From positions 1 to 40,036 of IMG/VR virus record IMGVR_UViG_3300032233_000872: a stretch of 40,036 nt of DNA; one strand, given 5' to 3'. Source of the stretch: a virus (Duplodnaviria > Caudoviricetes). The notes under the pieces were generated by a model. The model was not told where the DNA came from. It worked only from the letters and a program-made list of their open reading frames with translations, and searched no databases. This document shows positions 24,908 through 35,475 of this stretch, piece after piece. Both the position numbers and the translations under genes were made by a program. Position 1 is the stretch's first letter; each line of letters opens with the position of its first letter.

Positions 24908-27900
24908 ATGACTAACTATGATCCTCGTCTTGAACTTGCCCGACGTTTAGCCAACAGCCGTAAGACCAATACCCCATTGAACTTTGGGAATAAAATCAAT
25001 GTACCTACTACTGGTATAACTGATACTAAAACTAGAGATCTGTATAATCAGGTTACTGATACTAAACTGAGCATTACACAGCAGAATCCTAACTTGGCTG
25101 CACAGGTTCGTGCTATTGGTGGTGGATCATCCAGTAGTTTTGGCAGGCTTGGACGCAACCTCTTGGGTGTAGTGACCACAATAGACACTCCTAGGCGTGC
25201 TGTTATTTCTACTGTGCGTGAAGTAACAGATGTTCTTGATAGTGATCCCAATACGAAAGGTCGTCTTTCGGATTGGGCTAAACAGACCAAAGACCCTACT
25301 TATGGTTTTGGTAAAGCATTTCCAATGCAAGGTAACTTTGGTCGTTTTGTTGGGTTCATTGGTGACGTTGGTTTAGATCCTTTAACGTATGTTACTGCTG
25401 GCGCAAAAGGTGCTGCAACGTTTGGTGAACGTCTTGCATTGTATGAAACTCTTAGGGCTAAAGGTATTTCTACTGAAGTTGCTGGACAGTTTCTCCAGAG
25501 AGGTAAGACTGCTTTGACTAAGGCTGGTGTCACTAGCGAACAGTTGGCAGATATGGGTTTGAAGCGTTCTGGCATGTACATGTTTGGTTCTAAGTTGCGT
25601 ATCCCTTTGTCTGGTCCTGTTGGTGAAGCAATTCTTTCTGGCACATCTAGGGCTAAAGTTGGTTTTACTGGTACACGTTTGGGTGAAGTTTTGCAAAAAG
25701 GTTTCATGGGTACTGGGAAGAATCAAGAACAATGGATTCGTAGTTTTCGTTTGGCTTTAGCACGTAACGAACCATTGCCATTAAACATGCTAAAAGGCGC
25801 TGAACAGATTGCTGGTATTCCTGCTCGTGACATTGCCGTAGGGTTTTTAAATGCTAATACTGCTAGAGAAGCAGCACAAAATATTGCAAAAAAAGAATTT
25901 GGTATTCGTGTTGGAATAATGTTGAATGAGATTGGTCCAGAAAATATTGAACCATATCGCAATACTGTTTATCAAGTTATGGAAGGTACTAGACCTGCTT
26001 CTAATGCTGCTGAACAAAAACTTGCTCAGGATTTAAGTAAAATATATCAGGATGTTTGGGAGACGGTTAAAACTAGATATCAAGCAGTTGACCCTGAGGC
26101 AAGTAAAGGTTTTGTTAACGAGTATTTTCCTTGGGTAATTACTGATGATGCAAAGAAAATTTCTGCTGACCTTGATGCTCCTTGGGTTAAAGATTTGATG
26201 ACTGTTCTTGAACCTAATCCACTTGATCTTCAGGGTTCGTTTAAATCACGAACTTTGCAAGAAGGAAACAAATGGTTTTGGACAGTGGAGAATGGTGTCA
26301 AGAAAGACTATATTCTTAAAGAAGCAGATCTTAACATTACACGGTTGAATGAAATTTCTCGTAATGCTATTGGTGTTGACTTTTGGAAAACTGATGCTGC
26401 AGATGTTCTTGGTATCCACTATGTTGATTCTGCCAGCAAGAATATGGGTTTGCTTGAGTTGATTAAAGATCTTGATAGGTCTGGTGTTGCACGTAAAACT
26501 CTTCGTGAAGCAGGACAATATGAGGAGATGACTGCTGCACATGCTGCTGCTATGGGTTTGAAAGTTGAAGAACGTACTCAAGGGTTGAAAGATCTTGTAG
26601 ATGCTGTTGGAAATGCTGTTAAAGAGGTTAACGGTCGTTTGCCGGGTGCTGTAAAAGATCTCGAAGGTGTAGTGCTAAAGGCTGATCAAGAATTGGCTGC
26701 AGCAACCGTTGAAGCAGCAAGAGCAGGTCTTTTAAAGAACACTATTGTTCCAGATGAGTTTGTTGATTATTTCAATATCTTTAAAGAAGAACTAGCAAAA
26801 AATGCTGACTATGGTGCTGCTGTTCGTGCGGTTGAAGCAGAGATGGAAAGAGTAACTGGAAAACAAAACATTTTTGATTTAAAACAAAGATTCTTTGATT
26901 CATTTGAAAAAACTCCAGAATGGCAATTAATTCGTGATGATATACCTATTCTAACTGGACAGATAAGAAGAGGTCCAGCGGCGGCTAGAACTGTTGAGGG
27001 TGGTTTAGAGGGATGGCGTTCTAGAGTTGCGAACTTTGGTAGACCTGTTGCTGAAGTACCTTTAGTTGGTCCTACTACTCGTGAAGCAACAGTCAATGCT
27101 GCATCTATGGCTGCAGCGAAGAAACAACTATCTAATGCTAAACGAAAGTTAACCAATCTTCGTTCGCAATACGACAATATTTTTGAGTCAGAAATTCCTC
27201 ACCTTGCTGCTGCTACTAACGAAATGTTAGATAGACAAATTTCAAGCATTGATGATTTAGAGATTGCTATTGCTCAATGGCAAGATGAGGCTGACGCTTT
27301 GGCTCGCAGTATTCCTGCTACCAAAGGTCAGATAACTAAAACACAAAAAGGTATTAGCACTACAGCAGTTGCGTCTATGGAACAGCAGGCTAGGGTCAAT
27401 GCTCATCTGAAAGAGGTTAACGATTTAGCAGCAAGTATTCTTGATGATCTTGAACAGGCTATTCAACGTCACGAAGAATTTGTTGAATTAAGTAATATTT
27501 TGTCTACTTCAATGGACAAGATCATTGATGGTAAACGTGTTGCTGGCGTTGATGCTAAAAGACTTAAATCTATTATTGCTGGTACTGGTACAGGTAAAAG
27601 TTCTATAGAAACTTTTGGTAAAGATACTGGTGCGGTTAAACAATGGATTGGTGAAAACATTGACGGATTAGATTTCTTTAAAGAAATTCAATCCGTTGTT
27701 GGTGTTGCAAATGTTATAACTAAAGATGGTGTTAAAAGGATGACACTATCCGAAGTTTTTGAAGTTGTTGCTAGGGCTGGAATAGATATCAATAGTACGT
27801 TGGACAGTATTAATGCCGCTGCTTTTGTTATTGCTAGGGATATAAAATTTTATGGCAAGGATGCTGTCCCTGAAGTTTTGACTTCTTTGCGTAATGAATT

Positions 27901-30900
27901 GATGGAAATGGTCAAGATACAGGCGGAAAAAGTTGGGTTTGCTCAACGTGCACGTATGGGCGATCAAGTGTTCAAAATTGCACCAGAAGTTAAAGATGCA
28001 GAACAAAGAATAAATTATTTCTTTAAAGTAATAAATAAAAATGAAGATCTTTTAACGCAACTTGAAAAACGTTGGGAGTTTAGTGATATTGCTCGTGAGC
28101 ATATCAACCTTGCAGGGATTGACGTCAATATAAATTTTGAAGATTATTTGAATGAGCATGCTTCACTATTTGGTTCAGACATATTAGATGATCAAGCATT
28201 TGTTGATTCGTGGATAAGACAACCTGAAAACACTACACTTGCGCAAATACTTGAACTTAACGACGATAACTTTAAAAGATTTACTGATGAATTAGATACG
28301 GCAAACAAAAATATTGATGAACTTTGGAATCAGTACGGTGACAGAATCTCTACTATGAGATCACACAAAGCATTGAAGGACTCCAAGGGTAAACCAATGC
28401 AGTTTTCACGTCAAGACCTTGAAGGTCTTACTTATACTACGCAGGAATATGCACAGCAGTTAACTGACCGACTTGCTGCTTATACTGTTGCTAGCGAAGT
28501 TGAACGCAGGTTCTCTGCCTTGGGCATGGAACTTGCGTTAATGGGTCATGAAGTACCTACCGATGGTATGCATGCCGCAATTATGCGTAAAGTTGCGCAA
28601 GAACATTTAGAGGCTGTATCAGCGTCACAAAATACTATTACTACAGCCTACAACAAACTTTCTGCGATAAGAGATGAGTATGAGGTTATTCGTGGTGCTG
28701 CACAATCACCATCATATGCGGGTGAAACCCCTCAAAATGCTTTGAACAGGTTGTTTGAAGAAGCATACGAATCTGAACCCGAAGCAATGAACCAAGTTTT
28801 TGGTTCTATTATTAAATTCCATTCTGACGTAAAAGGATATGAAAGCAGACTTAAAAGTTTTGGTGCTAAAAGAAGAGCAGAATACATTGAGCCTGTAAAT
28901 GCTTTCTTTGAAAGTACACCTGCTTTAAAACAGATGGTCCTTGAAGTAGGGTTGACAAAGGTTGATGTAGATGCTGTGGGTAGAGAATCTCGTATCAGGG
29001 CAATAGTTTTAAAGCAACTAACTGACGAAAATTTTGATCCAGCAATCTTGAATGTATCTGATCAAGAGGTGCAAGCAATTAGGGGAAGAGCACGAGAATT
29101 AGTATCTTTGGATCGTCAAACAAGAGGACAGAAAACAGAATTTGTTGCAGATCAATTGCGTCCTTGGTTTAACGAGGTTCAACCTTATGTGCGATATACT
29201 GAAAAGGATGCTAAGAGAGCATTGAAAGTTTTTGCACCTTTGAATGATGAGTATTCCATTAGGCGTTTCTTTGTTGATCAACTTGGTGGTTCTAGACGTA
29301 CTCGTGCAGCAAATTCTTTGAGTGCTGGGCAAACCTCTATACAAACCATTCCCGGTGCTTTAAATGTTGAACTTTCTAATATTCGTTCAAGAAGCCGACA
29401 TATTTTTAATGTTCTTGATCCGCAGACAGATATAAACGAATTTTTGCGTGATCCTTTCGGTTTGCCTACTGGACCTTTTTCTTATCTTGAAAGTTTGAAG
29501 GGTTTAAGCAATACTTTAGATCAACAAATTAAAAGAGTTTCTGGTCTTGATTCAGTTAAAGGTATTGTTACTGCAGAAAAACAAGCATTAAAAGTTGGTG
29601 AATCTGCAAGACTTGCTAATGCAAGACTTGCCGAAACTGACCCTACAGCGGCTATGGCTGCTAGGTCGTCTAAGTATGTTTTGACTCCAGAGAACCAGCA
29701 GAAAGTTGCTAACGCTGTACGTAAAATGCGTGCAGAACATCTTCGTTTGACAAATAAACCCGAGTATGCAATTGCTTTGCATGATCAACAAATGACTGAA
29801 GTCTTGCGTAAACTTGCTGCTGTTGATGGTCACACAATGTCTGATTTGCGCAGTGGTGATGCAGGATGGGTTATATCACCTAAGCCAAGTAAAATTAAAC
29901 TTGCTGATCATGGTGTAGATGATACTATTGCAAACACGTATTTTAAGATTGAAGATGCTGCTGGTGAATACACTGTAGACAGTTATCTTATCAGTCCTGA
30001 TGGTACTAGAGTTATCAACGTTGAACAGTCATCACGAGCAATGGCAGCCAAAAGGGAAATGATTAATAAAGAAATCAGACGTTTAATGAAAATAAACTCT
30101 GATGATCCAATGATTGACAAACTTATTGATGAATCAAATGCTTTGATTGTGCAAAAGTGGCGTCACGTAACTGTTAAAAAAGTTAGAGATGCTAGCGAAG
30201 AAGTTGATGTTGCTAACATGTTTAAGTTAAGCACTGTTCAAACGCCTATTGATAAACTTGAAGGTGAAGCGTTAACTAATAGTATTCTTTTTGGTGGTAT
30301 TACTGGTGAACAGTCTGCACAAAATGTTGCTGACATTATTACTAGTGTAAGATTTGCTACTGAGAATAAATTTGCTACTTTCATGGACCCTAATGCTGCT
30401 AGGGTTAGAAGCCAGACAGCGGACTATTTGTTTGCTAATGATGTTATTGATGACAACATGCGCCAGATGATTAAATCTGGTGCACCTATATCTGATGTAT
30501 TGAATAATCTTATTAGAACACCTGATGGTTCATCTACGACAATTGGTGATATTATTCGTAATTGGCAGTATTCTTTGCTTGGCAAAGAAGCAACTGTGCC
30601 AATTGATCAGTTTCAGTCTGAGGTTGTTTCAAAATTAACTGGTCTTGAAGGTCGTTTGTCTTTCTCCGAGGACGAGTGGGGTGCATTGTTTACTACGCCT
30701 TTCTCTGATGGTGAGGCATTAAGAACCACAAGTAGAATTAGATCTCTTGAATCTCAGTTAAATAAGTTTCGCAAGGCCGCACAAGATGGTCGTAGTCTCA
30801 TTGAGGAAAATGGCGCTCGTGTAGGTGTCCAAAAACGTATTCGAGAAATTGAAGCAGAGATTGCTGATCTTAATCTGCAACTAAAAACTAGGTCTAAAGC

Positions 30901-33700
30901 AACACAGGGTGCTGCTTTGACCAAGTTTCAACAGTTGTTTGATCAGTTTGACTCTGCACGTATTAATGCCCAGAATGAACTTGCTAAGTGGCGCAAGTAT
31001 GCTGATGAAGGTTTAGAAAAAGTTGTTGTAGAAACCCCTAGAGGTCCTAGGAGTGTTTCTGTAGCGTCAAAACTTCAGGAGTTGGAAACTGCTTCTACTC
31101 GCATTAAGAGTCTTAATGATACGGTTGACAATTTTATTGTCAGCCGTACTGGCACTACAGCAAGTGCTGAGAATATTGCTTTCCGCAGAAATGGTTTACA
31201 ACGTTCTTGGGAGTCATCTCCTTCTTACCGTACCATTGCTAATGTTGAGGCTATTTCTTCTAGTCCAGAAATGCAGTTTTATAAATCTCAACGTTCAAGC
31301 GTTAGAGATTTAGAAAAAACCAAGGCAGAGGTTGATAAGCAAATCAAAATTAAACGTGGCAATCTTTCTTATACCGAGAAAGAACTTGTTGAATCTGCGC
31401 AGCAGATTATTAATACTGTTAAAGAGTTTGATGGTGGTGACTTGTCTACTGTTGGACCACTCATGGATTCTTTACGGAATGCTTTTGTTATAACTGCAGA
31501 CAATACTGTTCAGGCTGTAAAGTATGATGGTCTTAGCAGGGATATTCCTAAGGCTACTAAAAATCTTATTGCTGAAATTCAGGCTAGTTTTCCAGAGCAA
31601 CTTCCGTTGTTCACTGTTGATGCTAAGCGTGTACAGCAATTAGAAGAGGCTGTTAACGTTGCTCGTTTTAATGCTTTTGAAAATAGTTTTCTTGTAGGTC
31701 AAGAGACACGTCATGCTAAAGATGCTATGAGTCCGTACAATAAGCAGATAGCAGATCTGCGTGCACGTTTGGTTACGTTACGTGGCAAAGAAGCAGCACA
31801 GTTTACTGAACAGGAAGCATTGTTGGAACGTATTGCTACTGCTATGGGTATTAGCGAAGAGGCTAAAGCAAAAATTCAACGTGAATGGGTTGATGGTTAC
31901 GGCGTTAATAGAAAAGGTCAAGTTTCTACTAAGCCTAAAGCGAAACGAGTTGCTGGTATTTTGCCTAGTGCGGAAGAACGTGTTGTAGCAGCACAAAGTT
32001 TGTATAACTATATTTCATCAGAATACAATAGTATTCTTCCTAGGTTTGAAATTGCTGCAAACGTTTCTGATGCTATTGAATTAAATGTTAGACCAAAAAT
32101 TGAAGAGATGACTCGTCTTATTAAACAAAAGAAAGATTTTGGTAGGGTTGCTATTCGTGGTGAAGCAACCACATCAACATATAAGGGTGTTACTACTGTA
32201 AGGGATGCAAACCTTGAACAGTTCCAAACTTGGTTAAAGGAGGCTACTGATGCCTTGGATGTAGCGTCACTAGATCCTACTGATCCTTTAAATGCTGTTT
32301 TGGCTGAGGCTGCCAGAGCGCAAACTGTTTACGCAAACACTTTGCTTAGCACTAATCAACTCAAGGCTTTCCAACAAATAGAATTAGCAAGATCGTTTCC
32401 TAGTTATATAACTGATGAAATTGTTAAACGCTCTGATGAAGCGTATGTGAGTTTAGCAAAGATTGGTTTGCCGGGTATGGAAGTACCTCAAGAAGTTATA
32501 AATATGTTTGGTGAACTGCGTAGATTTAAAGACCCTGCTTTCTCTAGGGGTTTTACTAAATTCCTTGATACTTACACAAAGTTTTTTAAACGTTACGCAA
32601 CACTCAGCCCCGGCTTCCATGTGCGTAACGCAATGACTAACTCATTTGCATTGATTGCTGCTGGCGGTGATGTTAGGAATTTCCCTGCAGGTTTGCGCAT
32701 GTTTAACGATATGGAAAGAGCGTTGAAGAGTGGCACTACATTGGACGACTGGTTGTTGTCTATTGCTGATCCTGTTCAACGTTCTTATGCTGATGTTGCT
32801 TCTCGTTCAATGTTTGCTGCTGGTGGTGGACAAACTGAAGAACAAATTGGAAAGTTTTTGAGCGAAAAAGGCGATAACTATATTGTTGGTAAGAGTCGTC
32901 TTGTTGGTGGGAAGATTGAAAACTCTGCACGTTTCATGCTTGGTTATGATAGTGCTGTTAAAGGTTTTGATTTCAATGTTGCTGCAGCACGTACAAAACG
33001 TTTCTTGTTTGACTATGAAGATATCGGTCAGGTTGACCGAGCAATGAAAACTATTATCCCGTTCTGGATGTGGACTAGTCGAGCATTGCCTTTGCATTTG
33101 ACTAACATGATTGTGAATCCTAAGCCGTATCAAATATATCGTTCATTTGAACGCAACTTTGAATTCAAAGAAAAACTTGATTTGACTCCTGATTGGGTCA
33201 AGGGACAGGGTGGATTTAAAATTACCAGTGGGATGTATTTGATGCCTGATCTGGGATTCAATAAAATTCCAGAAACAGTTGGACAGATTGGTGATCCAGT
33301 TAAACTGTTGGCAAACGTCAACCCTGCGCTCAGGGTTCCTTTGGAATTGGCTGTTAATAAACAGTTTTATAACAACAGGCAGTTCTCTGATAAACCTAAA
33401 GATATTTCTGGTGGTGGTACAGCAAACTTCTTGTTGCCACTACTTGAGGCTTTGGGTAAAGGCGGAACCAACGCAGAAGGTAAACAAGTCGCTAACGAAA
33501 AAGCATTGTATTTGCTTAGTAGTTTGTTGCCTACTGTTGGTCAGGCTGAACGACTATTACCATCCAGTCCTAGTGGTAAGTCAAACTTACTTGGATATTT
33601 GGGTGTGCCGCTACGTAGTGAATCAGAGTCAATGAAGCAAGCATCATTGTATGAAACATTAAACAAGTTAAATAAGTTAAACAATAGTCAGGGGTTCTAA
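24908..33700 (+). CDS. Giant internal virion / large polyvalent-type protein, 2930 aa
   Basis: Uninterrupted ORF; N-terminal DVGLDPLTYV; C-terminal SPGFHVRN...FDYE...IPFWMW; long helical middle. Confidence 0.8.
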   Translation: MTNYDPRLELARRLANSRKTNTPLNFGNKINVPTTGITDTKTRDLYNQVTDTKLSITQQNPNLAAQVRAIGGGSSSSFGRLGRNLLGVVTTIDTPRRAVISTVREVTDVLDSDPNTKGRLSDWAKQTKDPTYGFGKAFPMQGNFGRFVGFIGDVGLDPLTYVTAGAKGAATFGERLALYETLRAKGISTEVAGQFLQRGKTALTKAGVTSEQLADMGLKRSGMYMFGSKLRIPLSGPVGEAILSGTSRAKVGFTGTRLGEVLQKGFMGTGKNQEQWIRSFRLALARNEPLPLNMLKGAEQIAGIPARDIAVGFLNANTAREAAQNIAKKEFGIRVGIMLNEIGPENIEPYRNTVYQVMEGTRPASNAAEQKLAQDLSKIYQDVWETVKTRYQAVDPEASKGFVNEYFPWVITDDAKKISADLDAPWVKDLMTVLEPNPLDLQGSFKSRTLQEGNKWFWTVENGVKKDYILKEADLNITRLNEISRNAIGVDFWKTDAADVLGIHYVDSASKNMGLLELIKDLDRSGVARKTLREAGQYEEMTAAHAAAMGLKVEERTQGLKDLVDAVGNAVKEVNGRLPGAVKDLEGVVLKADQELAAATVEAARAGLLKNTIVPDEFVDYFNIFKEELAKNADYGAAVRAVEAEMERVTGKQNIFDLKQRFFDSFEKTPEWQLIRDDIPILTGQIRRGPAAARTVEGGLEGWRSRVANFGRPVAEVPLVGPTTREATVNAASMAAAKKQLSNAKRKLTNLRSQYDNIFESEIPHLAAATNEMLDRQISSIDDLEIAIAQWQDEADALARSIPATKGQITKTQKGISTTAVASMEQQARVNAHLKEVNDLAASILDDLEQAIQRHEEFVELSNILSTSMDKIIDGKRVAGVDAKRLKSIIAGTGTGKSSIETFGKDTGAVKQWIGENIDGLDFFKEIQSVVGVANVITKDGVKRMTLSEVFEVVARAGIDINSTLDSINAAAFVIARDIKFYGKDAVPEVLTSLRNELMEMVKIQAEKVGFAQRARMGDQVFKIAPEVKDAEQRINYFFKVINKNEDLLTQLEKRWEFSDIAREHINLAGIDVNINFEDYLNEHASLFGSDILDDQAFVDSWIRQPENTTLAQILELNDDNFKRFTDELDTANKNIDELWNQYGDRISTMRSHKALKDSKGKPMQFSRQDLEGLTYTTQEYAQQLTDRLAAYTVASEVERRFSALGMELALMGHEVPTDGMHAAIMRKVAQEHLEAVSASQNTITTAYNKLSAIRDEYEVIRGAAQSPSYAGETPQNALNRLFEEAYESEPEAMNQVFGSIIKFHSDVKGYESRLKSFGAKRRAEYIEPVNAFFESTPALKQMVLEVGLTKVDVDAVGRESRIRAIVLKQLTDENFDPAILNVSDQEVQAIRGRARELVSLDRQTRGQKTEFVADQLRPWFNEVQPYVRYTEKDAKRALKVFAPLNDEYSIRRFFVDQLGGSRRTRAANSLSAGQTSIQTIPGALNVELSNIRSRSRHIFNVLDPQTDINEFLRDPFGLPTGPFSYLESLKGLSNTLDQQIKRVSGLDSVKGIVTAEKQALKVGESARLANARLAETDPTAAMAARSSKYVLTPENQQKVANAVRKMRAEHLRLTNKPEYAIALHDQQMTEVLRKLAAVDGHTMSDLRSGDAGWVISPKPSKIKLADHGVDDTIANTYFKIEDAAGEYTVDSYLISPDGTRVINVEQSSRAMAAKREMINKEIRRLMKINSDDPMIDKLIDESNALIVQKWRHVTVKKVRDASEEVDVANMFKLSTVQTPIDKLEGEALTNSILFGGITGEQSAQNVADIITSVRFATENKFATFMDPNAARVRSQTADYLFANDVIDDNMRQMIKSGAPISDVLNNLIRTPDGSSTTIGDIIRNWQYSLLGKEATVPIDQFQSEVVSKLTGLEGRLSFSEDEWGALFTTPFSDGEALRTTSRIRSLESQLNKFRKAAQDGRSLIEENGARVGVQKRIREIEAEIADLNLQLKTRSKATQGAALTKFQQLFDQFDSARINAQNELAKWRKYADEGLEKVVVETPRGPRSVSVASKLQELETASTRIKSLNDTVDNFIVSRTGTTASAENIAFRRNGLQRSWESSPSYRTIANVEAISSSPEMQFYKSQRSSVRDLEKTKAEVDKQIKIKRGNLSYTEKELVESAQQIINTVKEFDGGDLSTVGPLMDSLRNAFVITADNTVQAVKYDGLSRDIPKATKNLIAEIQASFPEQLPLFTVDAKRVQQLEEAVNVARFNAFENSFLVGQETRHAKDAMSPYNKQIADLRARLVTLRGKEAAQFTEQEALLERIATAMGISEEAKAKIQREWVDGYGVNRKGQVSTKPKAKRVAGILPSAEERVVAAQSLYNYISSEYNSILPRFEIAANVSDAIELNVRPKIEEMTRLIKQKKDFGRVAIRGEATTSTYKGVTTVRDANLEQFQTWLKEATDALDVASLDPTDPLNAVLAEAARAQTVYANTLLSTNQLKAFQQIELARSFPSYITDEIVKRSDEAYVSLAKIGLPGMEVPQEVINMFGELRRFKDPAFSRGFTKFLDTYTKFFKRYATLSPGFHVRNAMTNSFALIAAGGDVRNFPAGLRMFNDMERALKSGTTLDDWLLSIADPVQRSYADVASRSMFAAGGGQTEEQIGKFLSEKGDNYIVGKSRLVGGKIENSARFMLGYDSAVKGFDFNVAAARTKRFLFDYEDIGQVDRAMKTIIPFWMWTSRALPLHLTNMIVNPKPYQIYRSFERNFEFKEKLDLTPDWVKGQGGFKITSGMYLMPDLGFNKIPETVGQIGDPVKLLANVNPALRVPLELAVNKQFYNNRQFSDKPKDISGGGTANFLLPLLEALGKGGTNAEGKQVANEKALYLLSSLLPTVGQAERLLPSSPSGKSNLLGYLGVPLRSESESMKQASLYETLNKLNKLNNSQGF

Positions 33701-34236
33701 TGAAATATCCATACAAAAAACTTGTATTGCCAAAAGCGTTAGCAAAAGTTGAGAACGGGAAACTAGACGTAAAAACTCTGATGAAAGTTAAGTGTGGTGG
33801 CGTCATGTTCGTTGACGCTGCAAATAAGTTTAATGAGATGTATGATGCTGCTGTTAAGGATGGGATTAAGTTCAAGAACGTAGGCGACTATCGGTCGGCT
33901 GAGGCTCAATTGAAACTCTTCAAAGAACGCTACCGTCTCGCTGAAGATCGTGACTGGAAAGACAAGAAGAAAGGTATCTTATTGGATACCGATCGTGTCA
34001 AGCGAGTTTACAATGGTGAGACGTGGTTGCTTCGGAATGGGTTCGCTCCGTGTTCTACTCCACAAAAATCTAATCATGGGTACGGTCTAGCGATTGACCT
34101 TGATGTTACTAACAAGAAAACTTTGGAATGGTTGTGTGCTAATGCACCAACGTACGGTTTCTTTTTACAGTCTGATGATCCGTCTAGCCGTGAGTTTGAG
34201 GCGTGGCATTGGCAGTACTGTGGGGTTGATGCGTAA
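33700..34236 (+). CDS. Endolysin, M15B (VanY-like) Zn peptidase
   Basis: YRSAEAQLKLF, SNHGYGLAID (SxHxxGxAxD), WL..NAPTYGF, EAWH. Confidence 0.88.
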   Translation: MKYPYKKLVLPKALAKVENGKLDVKTLMKVKCGGVMFVDAANKFNEMYDAAVKDGIKFKNVGDYRSAEAQLKLFKERYRLAEDRDWKDKKKGILLDTDRVKRVYNGETWLLRNGFAPCSTPQKSNHGYGLAIDLDVTNKKTLEWLCANAPTYGFFLQSDDPSSREFEAWHWQYCGVDA

Positions 34237-34492
34237 CCAACTGTCGTACCATCCCTAGGGGGATGTAGATGACATGATCGTAAAAACCGTCGGGTGTTGA
34301 TGACTGTGCGATTGTTAAATGCAGTTTTTTTCCACCGTCTTCTTCCGGTATAAGGTAGCCGCAGGTGCGAACAATATGTTCGCCACTGTCGGCGTCTTCT
34401 AGTTCTGCCCAGTGACCTTCACCTGCGTGTGCGTCAGCCCAATGAACTTCCACTACAGCGTCAGTCTTCGTAAGGGTTGATTCCGTTTGCAT
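34184..34492 (-). CDS. Conserved hypothetical phage protein
   Basis: VEVHWADAH...RTCGYL...IAQS...IPLGMV pattern. Confidence 0.7.
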   Translation of the reverse strand: MQTESTLTKTDAVVEVHWADAHAGEGHWAELEDADSGEHIVRTCGYLIPEEDGGKKLHLTIAQSSTPDGFYDHVIYIPLGMVRQLVTHQPHSTANATPQTHG

Positions 34493-34742
34493 GGAGTTCC
34501 TCTTCTATCATGCCAATGATGTTTGCCATAAACTTGATGATTATTACTGATGATGCTAAATGACCTTTCATTGATTTCTCAAATGTTTTGCATAGGTCAA
34601 TCGCTGATGAGCGTGGCGCAGATAGAAAGAGGTTGATCTGGGCTGCTTCGTTGTCCCTGATGATGCGGAACGATTCTTGGATTGATTCAATTTGGTCTTC
34701 GGGGATAATGTCATAGATCCAGTCGTCACTTTCTTCGTTCAT
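34461..34742 (-). CDS. Hypothetical protein
   Basis: 93-aa ORF in the minus-strand operon. Confidence 0.7.
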   Translation of the reverse strand: MNEESDDWIYDIIPEDQIESIQESFRIIRDNEAAQINLFLSAPRSSAIDLCKTFEKSMKGHLASSVIIIKFMANIIGMIEEELHANGINPYED

Positions 34743-34896
34743 TATCTACAACGATCCAATTTGCTGGTACACCATTAGATACCTGACCTTCTCCGACTGT
34801 TACGGAACCTTTACCGTATGTTAGTTCTAACATTTTTACGATTGAATACAATGCTGTTGGTTTTGCGAATCCGATTGTGACTTGCGTTGTTTTCAA
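34726..34896 (-). CDS. Hypothetical protein, 56 aa (not in ORF track)
   Basis: TTG start overlapping the upstream TGA; fills the gap; MKTTQVTIGFAKPTALYSIVKMLELTYGKGSVTVGEGQVSNGVPANWIVVDNERRK. Confidence 0.55.
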   Translation of the reverse strand: MKTTQVTIGFAKPTALYSIVKMLELTYGKGSVTVGEGQVSNGVPANWIVVDNERRK

Positions 34897-35111
34897 TTGT
34901 GCCCTGCGTTCATTGATGACCGCATTTGCCCCTCAATGCTACGTGCTGTCTCTTCTAATGCTTGTGCTGATTCTTCACCGTAGTTGAACTCAATGAAGTA
35001 CAGGATCGCCATCACTTGTGATGCGAGCCATGGTGCGTCAATGACCATTGGGGCTTCTTGTTCAGTCTGCGGTTCCTGCGGTGTAATGTCATTCGTCAAT
35101 TTGATCTCCAA
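34893..35111 (-). CDS. Hypothetical protein
   Basis: 72-aa ORF, TTG start after AGGA, overlapping both neighbours. Confidence 0.65.
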   Translation of the reverse strand: MEIKLTNDITPQEPQTEQEAPMVIDAPWLASQVMAILYFIEFNYGEESAQALEETARSIEGQMRSSMNAGHN

Positions 35112-35475
35112 TTCCTAGTCGTTTAAGTATTGTGGGGTTTGTTAACATTATATCTCTAAGTTGTCCGAAAGCGGCATCTCTTAGTCGTGAGGCGTGCATT
35201 CTTGATATGCCGAGTCGGTCACCCAGAACTTGTAGTGTGACCCGCTCAGAATTGATTGCATCAATTATGTAGCGGTCTTGTTCGGATAGTTGCTCCATGC
35301 ATTCGGCTACTGCCTCACGGAATGGTTGTAGTTCTTCTAGAGACTCTTCAGGTTCGTCATACGGTGCAGCAGCCATCAACGCCTCCATGGGCGTTAATGG
35401 TCTGCCAGCACCAATGTCATGACTATCTAGGTAAGCGTCTAGCGACACTGCCCTAATTGGTTGTGCTTCATTCAT
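35089..35475 (-). CDS. Stand-alone sigma-70 region 4-like HTH protein
   Basis: LSEQDRYII...TLQVLGDRLGISRMHASRLRDAAFGQLR; 128 aa, no region 2 evident. Confidence 0.8.
   Translation of the reverse strand: MNEAQPIRAVSLDAYLDSHDIGAGRPLTPMEALMAAAPYDEPEESLEELQPFREAVAECMEQLSEQDRYIIDAINSERVTLQVLGDRLGISRMHASRLRDAAFGQLRDIMLTNPTILKRLGIGDQIDE

Noticed and set aside
24908-33700. Calling the giant protein a virion RNA polymerase
   Set aside because: No catalytic motif found by eye; EFDGGD is not DxDGD; kept only as a hypothesis
34184-34236. 53-bp convergent overlap of the endolysin and the opposing gene
   Set aside because: Short tail-to-tail overlaps are common in compact phage genomes; no further signal
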